Assembly: GCA_046754125.1 (NCBI GenBank)
Contig: JBHHVC010000002.1
Location: 1-35,594, forward strand
Reading direction: 5' to 3'
Origin: Candidatus Zixiibacteriota bacterium
GTDB taxonomy: Bacteria; Zixibacteria; MSB-5A5; GN15; FEB-12
DNA: 35,594 bases
Each line of letters begins with the position of its first letter. Positions within the stretch are counted from its first letter, which is position 1. The notes below the pieces were generated by a model. The model ran no database searches and was not told the DNA's origin. It saw nothing but the letters and a program-made list of their open reading frames with translations. Below, piece after piece: positions 28,284 through 35,594 of this stretch. Made by a program: the position numbers and the translations under genes.

Positions 28284-28355
28284 GATGTATCTCCTGCATT
28301 TGTAACTTGCCCTTCCCTTATCCATTGAATATCGGATAGCGGTCGTTCCGATTGA

Positions 28356-29324
28356 TCATCCGATCTCGGAACATTCGCCGATGTTAACTTTTGTACATTT
28401 CCCGATCAGGCGGACATTCGGGCCTACCAGGGAATCAGATAATACCGAATCCTGCACAACCGCACCCTGCCCGATTATGGAATCCTTTATGATGCTGTCG
28501 GTAATCCTTGAGCCACTGGCAATTGATACGTTGGGACCGAGCACGCATTGCCTGATATCCACATCAGGAGCGATGAAAGAGGGCGGGATTATTGTTGAGC
28601 CCTCAATTGGGTCCGGCGCGGGCAGTAATGACAGCAAGTGTCTGTTGGTAGCCAGCAGAGTTTCTTTCTTGCCGCAGTCGTACCAGGCAGCTACCTCAAA
28701 GGGAGTAAACTTAGCTCCCGACTGGATCATCGCTTGCAAGGCATCGGTAAGCTGTATCTCACCGCTGGTTGTCCTGCCGGCGGCAATATTCTCCTCGAGC
28801 TTAGTCCTGAGCAGATCGGACTGCGAAAGATAATACAAGCCGATCAGGGCGAGATTTGTCTTTGGGTTCTGCGGCTTTTCCTCCACCCTGAAGATCGAGT
28901 TAGCTTCTACCTCTGCGATTCCAAACCGCTGGGGATCGTCGACCTGTCTCAGGCCCAAAACGTTGGACCCGGCCGAGATAAAGCGGTCAAAATCGCAACC
29001 GACGATTGTATCCCCCAACAGAATCAGTACCGGTTCATTGTCAACACGCTGCAAGGCCAGATTGACGGCGTAGCCCAGTCCGAGCAGTTTCTCCTGTCGG
29101 ATAAAAGTCGCCTTAATAGAGTAGTTCTGTCGGATATATTCCTCGACTTCATCGGCCATGTAGCCTATGACCAGGATGAGTTCTTCCGGCTCCAGTTTGA
29201 CCAGCGGATCCAGAATGTGGGCAATAATCGGCTTGTCCGCAACCGTAAGGAGCGGTTTTGGTTGAGAGAAAGTGTGTGGCTGGAGCCGCTTTCCGAAGCC
29301 TGCTGCTGGAATGATAACCTTCAT
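28356..29324 (-). CDS. Sugar-phosphate nucleotidyltransferase (long-form glucose-1-phosphate thymidylyltransferase-like, with C-terminal left-handed beta-helix)
   Basis: IPAAG.G.RL.P.T...PKPL, LGD, RFG, EEKP, GEIQLTD, W.DCG; hexapeptide repeats. Confidence 0.9.
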   Translation of the reverse strand: MKVIIPAAGFGKRLQPHTFSQPKPLLTVADKPIIAHILDPLVKLEPEELILVIGYMADEVEEYIRQNYSIKATFIRQEKLLGLGYAVNLALQRVDNEPVLILLGDTIVGCDFDRFISAGSNVLGLRQVDDPQRFGIAEVEANSIFRVEEKPQNPKTNLALIGLYYLSQSDLLRTKLEENIAAGRTTSGEIQLTDALQAMIQSGAKFTPFEVAAWYDCGKKETLLATNRHLLSLLPAPDPIEGSTIIPPSFIAPDVDIRQCVLGPNVSIASGSRITDSIIKDSIIGQGAVVQDSVLSDSLVGPNVRLIGKCTKVNIGECSEIG

Positions 29325-29355
29325 ATAACCTTAGTCTCTTATTCGATGCAGGCGT

Positions 29356-29384
29356 ATTGTAGGTACTCGGCAGGGAGTTGACAA
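29356..29384 (-). promoter_or_regulatory. Sigma70 promoter of the nucleotidyltransferase-metK-ahcY unit
   Basis: TTGTCA-N17-TACAAT. Confidence 0.7.
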
Positions 29385-29421
29385 GAAATATCTGGGATGA
29401 AGGGCTGAACTGGCGCCGTAC

Positions 29422-30057
29422 CTAGAATATATGAGAAAAAGTACCTACCCAGTCACCCGCCAGAAACTGAACGCGGCCTATCAGGAGCGATACCCGCCCC
29501 ATCACCGTGTAACCGAAATGTGCTCCGAAGGAGATCATAATAAACCAGATTCCAACCCGCGCCGTAACCCCGAGAACACCGGTGTGCTCATGAGAGAAGT
29601 AGAAATAGATCAAGGTCGAAATAACGCCAACGATAACTACTAGCGACAAAAACCACTGGGAGAATCCATCGCTTGCAGCCAGCGACAACATGGTTGCCTG
29701 CATCTGCGGCAGCACCAGCCCATGCAACTGCGTGGTAAGAAAAACTCCCGATGTTATGCCCATAACAGCAGCCAGAGGGATACGCGACAACCAGGAATAC
29801 TTCGCGAAAAAGCGAGAAAACATTAGAACTCCAAGTATCCCCGGAATGAGTATCCACCAGTCGCCGCCCGCCAATGGGTCCAATAGCTTCTGTACAATGA
29901 TCGTCTCCCAGATCAGTCCGACCTGGTATCCGGCAGTCAGCCCCGCAAAAATGTGCTCGGCCAGCCTGTAGACCGGGTTGTCCTTGTACAGAAAGGAGAA
30001 CAAGGCGAGAGTAAAAAAAGCAGTCAGCCAGATTTCAAAAATCTCAAAACCGCTCAC
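29422..30057 (-). CDS. Uncharacterised ~6-TM integral membrane protein (gene 4 of operon)
   Basis: GTGA overlap with the upstream stop; SFLYKDNP.YR.AEH, GAHFGYTVMGR. Confidence 0.85.
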   Translation of the reverse strand: MSGFEIFEIWLTAFFTLALFSFLYKDNPVYRLAEHIFAGLTAGYQVGLIWETIIVQKLLDPLAGGDWWILIPGILGVLMFSRFFAKYSWLSRIPLAAVMGITSGVFLTTQLHGLVLPQMQATMLSLAASDGFSQWFLSLVVIVGVISTLIYFYFSHEHTGVLGVTARVGIWFIMISFGAHFGYTVMGRVSLLIGRVQFLAGDWVGTFSHIF

Positions 30058-30887
30058 GCCATCACCCTTTTCTTTTTTCCGCCAACAAAGAAGGCGATGT
30101 TACCCAACACCACCATCGCAATTATCAACAGGTGGACCAGCGACTGAATGTCCATACCCAGATAGGCTGTCCCCGGCTTGTCGAGCAGGATTTCGTACTC
30201 GGCTGCGCCCTTCATTCCTCCCAGCAATCCGACAACTTGTCCCGCGCCAACAAAGGCATAGTACTTTGGAGCCATTACTGCAGTGGCGCCGATTCCCATC
30301 GGGACTGAGTAGCCGGCATTGACAATAGATACCCAATAATCTGCGGTGGCATTGTCAGCCACTTCGAAGATGAACTCGATTTGTTCATAATTAACGACAG
30401 AATCCATAAGCGGTAGCTCCGCGAGCGGAGTGCCATAGTAGTCGGTTGGAAATATCGACTCGATCGAGATGCCCATTCCCTTAAGAACAGAAACGTACCC
30501 GTACTTGTAGCCGAGATTGACGTAATCGACTGCGTAAACCTTGTCGTACTCTGCGGCAATTCGATGAGTCACTTCATCGGCCATAGAGGGGCCGCCCAGA
30601 GGTATATTGCTGAGCGTGATAATTCGGCAGTCCTTTTGAAAAAAGTGGCGTGCGGCAGCAACAGCCATCGGTTCCGTCTCGGCTGCTGTGGAAGGGTAGT
30701 AGTCAAAAACCAGCATGACTGTAGAGGAATCGGGTAGATTGTCCACTGCCTCATAAAATGCCCGAACCTCGGGCGTGACCCTCACCGGGAAATGAGCCGG
30801 GAATATAAACGGGACAATAACGGCCACCGAAACCAACAGGTAGATCCAACGTCGGTCCATCTGTTCACACCATTCCCAGAACGTCAT
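30054..30887 (-). CDS. Uncharacterised membrane-anchored alpha/beta protein (gene 3; start corrected to ATG 30887)
   Basis: N- and C-terminal TMs around a soluble domain with FDY.P...AE..PM, YVNLGY, GLLGG.KGAAEYE. Confidence 0.85.
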   Translation of the reverse strand: MTFWEWCEQMDRRWIYLLVSVAVIVPFIFPAHFPVRVTPEVRAFYEAVDNLPDSSTVMLVFDYYPSTAAETEPMAVAAARHFFQKDCRIITLSNIPLGGPSMADEVTHRIAAEYDKVYAVDYVNLGYKYGYVSVLKGMGISIESIFPTDYYGTPLAELPLMDSVVNYEQIEFIFEVADNATADYWVSIVNAGYSVPMGIGATAVMAPKYYAFVGAGQVVGLLGGMKGAAEYEILLDKPGTAYLGMDIQSLVHLLIIAMVVLGNIAFFVGGKKKRVMA

Positions 30888-30891
30888 CGTA

Positions 30892-31554
30892 CTATCCCTT
30901 ACCCATATAGGTTCGTTCAATGCCGAGAATAATGCGCAACGACATCGCCGCCGCACCGAGTGCTGCTCCGATGATAATAGCCCGTTGAACGGCCAAATTG
31001 GCTCCGTTCATAATGTACGTATTCAGAAATGACGGGATATCGCCCGGAAACAGACTAAGGAATGCCTCGCCCATTGGTACGCGCCAGAGCATGACAGCGG
31101 TGGCAGTAATCAATAGTATGGTTGCCTCGGCGTTTCGAGCACGAAAGGCGCGATAGGCCGCCGATGCGATATAAAAGGCCAGCGTTGCGAACATTGTCGA
31201 CATCATTGGCATTTGTAACTGCACGAACAGCCAGTCATAAACTGATCCGCCGGTGGTACCAAACAGAGGGCTCCATGATTTTGGCAGAACAGACGGTATC
31301 GCCATGACAAGTACTGATATAATCGTCACGAGTTTGTAGCCCCAGTTTTCTTCGTGCCGACTGACCGCCCGCAAACTGACACGCATGATCGACACAACAC
31401 CCAGCAGGAGTGTAAAACCACCAATAATAATAAGCCAGTCAAGCAATTCGCTGGTAAGCCTGCCGACAAAAGTAGTCTGCTCGTTGAAAAAAAAGGAAAC
31501 GACCATAACCAGGCCTGAAAGAAGCGCGACTGCTACGGGAAGAGTGGTTCTCAT
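30892..31554 (-). CDS. Uncharacterised ~6-TM integral membrane protein (gene 2)
   Basis: Hydrophobic throughout; FYIASAAYRAFRARN.EA, RAIIIG, LRIILGIER. Confidence 0.85.
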   Translation of the reverse strand: MRTTLPVAVALLSGLVMVVSFFFNEQTTFVGRLTSELLDWLIIIGGFTLLLGVVSIMRVSLRAVSRHEENWGYKLVTIISVLVMAIPSVLPKSWSPLFGTTGGSVYDWLFVQLQMPMMSTMFATLAFYIASAAYRAFRARNAEATILLITATAVMLWRVPMGEAFLSLFPGDIPSFLNTYIMNGANLAVQRAIIIGAALGAAAMSLRIILGIERTYMGKG

Positions 31555-31571
31555 TCGGTATGATCCATTAC

Positions 31572-32444
31572 TTACACTGCCTTGAACCAGCTCATATAGG
31601 TTTCACCGGCACCAAACGATGCCAGTACCACACCCAAGAGTATCAGTACGACTATTATGACTTTCACCAGGTCCTGTCCCTTAAGTCCGCCCAGCATGAT
31701 CGGCTCGTGCGACAGGTAGGCCGAGGCGGCAAAGAGTTCTTCTCCCATGAGAGTATAGTCGCAGGCTGCAATAAAAAACGGCAACTGCTCCGGTTTGGCG
31801 GTACCGGCGATCTGGATAGAGCCTGCGGCGTTTCCTGTCTCGGCCAGCAGCAGGGATTCGGCGAAAAACGCACCCATATAGATATTTGTTGCGGGTCGTT
31901 CGCGCATCATATAGCCGTTGACAGTCGCGGTAAACGCGAATTGTTCGCCGGCAACGTATCGCACAGTATCTTTGTCGTACGACTCTCGTTTCCCCATTTC
32001 TACATATGCCTGCTCGACTACCTCCTGTCCCGCCGCCAATACAAGCGGGTAACGCACCGGAACATACAAAGGCGTTTCATACTGAGCCGTAATCCGAGCA
32101 ACCCTGCCAAGTATTGATATCCCAGCTATCGTATCGATGGCGTCGAGTTCATCGATTCCCGGAATATACAACACCGGCCGTCCCATCTCTGTGGCCCGAC
32201 CGACCGCCTCCTCAACAGCATCGAGGCCAGGTATCTTGCGCAGAAAAAGAGCCTTCCCCTGTTTTGCCCACATGGTGAAAACCAGGACGGCAATTGAAAA
32301 GACAACGATAAGGACAAGAGCGTTAATTCGATTGGTAAGAAACATCCCCTGGGAGTCTTGTGCCGACACGGCCGCAGCGCAAACAGTGATCAGCAAGAAC
32401 GGTCCTGCTATGTGTGCTGCCTTAATGTATCGACCGGGATTCAC
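31572..32444 (-). CDS. DUF6754-like membrane-anchored protein (gene 1; likely start GTG 32444)
   Basis: Signal-like ..AAVSA, TM, LRKIPGLDAVEEAVGRATEMGRPV, GAFFAESL..AE.G, Q.PFF..CDY.LMGEELFAASAYL, C-terminal TM; family name from recall. Confidence 0.8.
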   Translation of the reverse strand: MNPGRYIKAAHIAGPFLLITVCAAAVSAQDSQGMFLTNRINALVLIVVFSIAVLVFTMWAKQGKALFLRKIPGLDAVEEAVGRATEMGRPVLYIPGIDELDAIDTIAGISILGRVARITAQYETPLYVPVRYPLVLAAGQEVVEQAYVEMGKRESYDKDTVRYVAGEQFAFTATVNGYMMRERPATNIYMGAFFAESLLLAETGNAAGSIQIAGTAKPEQLPFFIAACDYTLMGEELFAASAYLSHEPIMLGGLKGQDLVKVIIVVLILLGVVLASFGAGETYMSWFKAV

Positions 32445-32451
32445 AGCAGAG

Positions 32452-32480
32452 AATATCAATACTCTGTCACCGATTGTCAA
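32452..32480 (-). promoter_or_regulatory. Sigma70-type promoter of the four-gene operon, leaderless
   Basis: TTGACA-N17-GATATT-N7-GTG(32444). Confidence 0.55.
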
Positions 32481-32555
32481 TGGCGAATACTGGTAACAAA
32501 ACAGGGCTGGTACTACAGGTGTCGATGACACTTATCATTCAACGTGCCGATGGAG

Positions 32556-35444
32556 CTATTTGATCAAGAGCATCTTGCGCGTCTGCACAAATTCGCCCGC
32601 AGTGATACGGTAAAAGTAGACACCGCTGGCAACAGCATCTCCGACGGCGTCAGTGCCGTCAAACTCCGCGCTGTATCGTCCCGCCGGTTGTTCGACATCG
32701 ACTATTGTACGGACCAGCTGCCCCAGACCATTGTATACCTGTATCCGAACATGGGAACGAAGAGCGAGCGAATAGTCTATTTGCGTAGACGGATTGAATG
32801 GATTCGGATAGTTCTGGGCTAGTGCAAATGTAAAGGGCAATGTTGTGCCCGGGGGGATATCAGTTGAAGTGCCACTGGGAAAGGCGCCTATATCGTTGCG
32901 TGAACCGTCCTGATCGTTGTACTGAGCATCAGGGTGGCCTGCGTCGATACAGGGAGAGCTATCCGACAAGTTGTAATTCTGGGCGTCGGCGTTGACAAAC
33001 TCGGGGTCGACATGAAGATCGTGCGGCCCCTGAACCGAACCCATATCGTAATCACGGTTATTATCCCATAAGTTGTTATAGTCCGATCCAGACTCGCTGC
33101 CAAACAACCCGCCAACCGATGAGTTGGTGATGATATTATTGAGCGCCAGAACATTGTCGGCGGCGAGAACCGCGATCCTATTATTGTCAAAAGTGTTGTT
33201 CACAAGCAAGACGTGTCCGAACTGAGCAACAACTACCACCAAGCTTTGATTGTTGGCAAACAGGTTGTGCTCTAACACCGCATCCGATTCAGTAATACTG
33301 ACTGTCCTCCCCCCGGATGAAAAGTGATCAATGAAGCGATTGTGTGAGATGACTATATCAGTCGTCTGATCAATGTCGAGCACCATCTGTGCATTCACGC
33401 CGGCAAAGGTAATTCCCCGTATTTCAAGCTGGGTTGCACCTCCTGTAAGATTGACCAGGCGGGTGTAGGAACTGTCTGTAGGGGGCTGGATTATCGTGGC
33501 CTCGGCTCCAGCGTCCCCGACCAGATTAACTCTCTGATCCTTGAAGTCGATCAGTTCACTATAGGTGCCGGGTGAGAGCAGCACCGTGTCGCCAAACTGG
33601 GCGACATCGATTGCCGCCTGAATTGTCAACTGTTCACCGGGAACTTCGATAGCTCTGCTCGAGCGCGTCACAAACGACACTGGCTGCGAATAGTCCGAGA
33701 ATTCGTAGCCGTCAAATACACGAACGCGCCACCAGTATTCGGCCCCGATCTCAAATCCAGAAAAAACCCGAGACTTAGTGCTGCCTGCCTGCTCGGCGAC
33801 TCCACTGTCCGTGCGAACAACATTGGATAGACCCGGATCGCTGTAAACCTCGAACTGGTATTGCAGAGGATCGCCCTCGGGATCGGACGCGTTGTTAACC
33901 TCCAACTCAACCCAGTCGGCCACAACCAGATTCTGCTCAATCGGCGTCAGTGGCTCAGGAGCGGTCGGTAAACTGTTCATCGTAAACCGTCCGACTCTCC
34001 AGCTGCCCCACTCAAACCCATTGTTTACACGAATGCGGAAGTAGTAGGTTGTGCCATCGGTCAAAACAGAGCTACCTGCATAGACAATTGAGGTGTCGCT
34101 CCCAAAGATCTGTCCACTGACCCACATTTCAGCTATGGACCAGTCGGCGTCACTGCCGACCTCAATATCGAAAGCTGCCTGAGCGCCAAGAGTGTCCATA
34201 AACGACCAGAAAAATGTAGGCGTATGATCAACGACATGAGAAGAGTTATCGTCCCCCAAATTTGGCCGAAAGGCCAACGGCAAATCGGCTGATTGTAAGA
34301 ACTTCAGGATGTATAACTCACCGCTCAGGTTCGAGGCATAGACATTCCCGGATGTCGTGTGTGGAAAAACCCCCCAACAACCATTGAACTGTGCAATGTC
34401 ACCATCGGGCCAGGTGTCAAAAAGTCCAATCTCGTGGACAAACGATGGCACAGTCAAGTCCACCGCCGACACGCCCGATTCATAGTGCGAAAGGAACAGG
34501 ATGTTATCCTGGATTTGTGCATTGTGGGCTAAATTCGACGGTCCCAGGTATTCCCCGACAAGGCTGATATTGTTCAAGTCGCCAATGTTCCATATTTTCA
34601 CGGTTTTTACTGCAGTTTCCTCGGTTGTGGCGACAAACTTGCCGTCGTTGGTCGGCCAGATGTTGTGAACGTAGCCGGCGTTAGGAATCTGGACTCGCTT
34701 GAGAAGGACTGGAGCAAGCTTGTTCGACATGTCCCAAATCGAAAATGAGGGATCAGACCCCTCGGCCATGTAGGCGGTGTCGTTGTGAGCAAACAAATCG
34801 TGGATACCGTTGATCGGTCCAAAACTGTTCACATATAACGGATTTTCCGGGTCGGCCAGATCGAATATGTGGACCGAGGGAGAATTGAATCCTTCAACAT
34901 AGGTAAAGCCTTTCACCGTGTCTATAGTCATGTTGTGCGAGGTGTAAGAGGCTATGCCGTTGACTGGAACGGATCGGATCAACTTCACCGAATCCGGCAG
35001 GTATTGCATGTCCATTACCATTAGTCCGGCGTTTGGGCCGCTGCACTCGCTGACAGCATAACAATAGTGGCCGAAGGTCTTGATGTCCCGCCAGAAGAAA
35101 GCGCAACTGCTGTTCGGACCGGGAACAGTATCGATAACGGCCAGATGAGTGACATCGACAAAAACGATCCCCTCATATATTCCCATGATGGCATATTCAT
35201 TTCCGTCCGGACCTTGCCAGCCCCAGCAGTCCGATCCGGCAAAGTTGCCGAACTTGAACACAGCCACCGAGTCAAAGCCGTAGCTGGTAGCCAGCGCCTG
35301 CGATCCGGGATTGTAGCTGTTCTTGCCCGAACCAGACGGGCTTTCGAACATTTCATAGTAGTCCTCTGGCAGATCCAGAGGAACAGCCATAGCGGTAGCA
35401 GCGACTAAGAATAGAACAGAGAGTAGAATCGTCAGGTTTTTCAT
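32556..35444 (-). CDS. Secreted multidomain protein: choice-of-anchor B/LVIVD propeller, two Fn3-like domains, beta-helix, FlgD-Ig/T9SS-like C-terminal tail (962 aa)
   Basis: Signal peptide; GSDCWGW...EYAIMG, WRDIK, SHN, HD, HN, SHY, G.WGVFP; YYFRIR and YWWRVR; TIQAAID; FALAQNYPNPFNPST...SGVYFYRI...KMLLIK. Confidence 0.88.
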   Translation of the reverse strand: MKNLTILLSVLFLVAATAMAVPLDLPEDYYEMFESPSGSGKNSYNPGSQALATSYGFDSVAVFKFGNFAGSDCWGWQGPDGNEYAIMGIYEGIVFVDVTHLAVIDTVPGPNSSCAFFWRDIKTFGHYCYAVSECSGPNAGLMVMDMQYLPDSVKLIRSVPVNGIASYTSHNMTIDTVKGFTYVEGFNSPSVHIFDLADPENPLYVNSFGPINGIHDLFAHNDTAYMAEGSDPSFSIWDMSNKLAPVLLKRVQIPNAGYVHNIWPTNDGKFVATTEETAVKTVKIWNIGDLNNISLVGEYLGPSNLAHNAQIQDNILFLSHYESGVSAVDLTVPSFVHEIGLFDTWPDGDIAQFNGCWGVFPHTTSGNVYASNLSGELYILKFLQSADLPLAFRPNLGDDNSSHVVDHTPTFFWSFMDTLGAQAAFDIEVGSDADWSIAEMWVSGQIFGSDTSIVYAGSSVLTDGTTYYFRIRVNNGFEWGSWRVGRFTMNSLPTAPEPLTPIEQNLVVADWVELEVNNASDPEGDPLQYQFEVYSDPGLSNVVRTDSGVAEQAGSTKSRVFSGFEIGAEYWWRVRVFDGYEFSDYSQPVSFVTRSSRAIEVPGEQLTIQAAIDVAQFGDTVLLSPGTYSELIDFKDQRVNLVGDAGAEATIIQPPTDSSYTRLVNLTGGATQLEIRGITFAGVNAQMVLDIDQTTDIVISHNRFIDHFSSGGRTVSITESDAVLEHNLFANNQSLVVVVAQFGHVLLVNNTFDNNRIAVLAADNVLALNNIITNSSVGGLFGSESGSDYNNLWDNNRDYDMGSVQGPHDLHVDPEFVNADAQNYNLSDSSPCIDAGHPDAQYNDQDGSRNDIGAFPSGTSTDIPPGTTLPFTFALAQNYPNPFNPSTQIDYSLALRSHVRIQVYNGLGQLVRTIVDVEQPAGRYSAEFDGTDAVGDAVASGVYFYRITAGEFVQTRKMLLIK

Positions 35445-35557
35445 CTATGTTGTTGTCTCACAGCAGTTGCTATTATTCATTACCAATAATATAACAGATT
35501 CTGGCGATTTTAGTTAAAAAAAGATATATGATTTTCCTGGGATTCAGGTAAAAGACC

Positions 35558-35586
35558 TTGACATCCAAGTTTCCTCCATTTAACAT
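35558..35586 (+). promoter_or_regulatory. Sigma70 promoter pointing out of the window
   Basis: TTGACA-N17-TAACAT. Confidence 0.7.
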
Positions 35587-35594
35587 TATCACGT

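Noticed and set aside
28284-29421. SAM or SAH riboswitch upstream of metK-ahcY
   Set aside because: The intergenic gaps are short and show no SAM-I, SAM-II or SAH consensus that I can recognise

Overview
A mostly core-genome bacterial window of about 50-55% GC. The C-terminal CC...GDVD..G..DIVDL..IVDYLFG dockerin-like tails and the FlgD/T9SS-like tail suggest candidate phylum Zixibacteria or a close FCB relative (inference). Left to right: two tandem paralogous lipoproteins (one frameshifted), a beta-helix protein, an mntR-troABCD Mn/Zn/Fe ABC operon whose TroC is fused to a second DtxR domain, a SLOG + AbiGi/ART-like fusion protein, a subtilase-dockerin gene split by one in-frame TGA, ferritin, a frameshifted membrane protein, acyl-CoA dehydrogenase, a GNAT, crotonase, a ~80-nt promoter-to-terminator sRNA candidate, a Fur-boxed beta-barrel gene, pgsA, an unannotated 35-aa Lys-rich protein, tRNA-Ser(CGA), two paralogous membrane proteins, tadA, an LtaS-like sulfatase, hemW, lepB, an AT-rich HEPN-like orphan next to a GTAG REP-like hairpin, ahcY, metK, an NDP-sugar synthase, a four-gene uncharacterised membrane operon (DUF6754-like) and a choice-of-anchor-B surface protein. 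The best candidates for undescribed biology are the four-gene membrane complex, the SLOG-ART-like fusion, the UGA plus SECIS-like hairpin in the protease, and two structured intergenic RNAs. All family calls are by-eye motif recognition; no searches were run.
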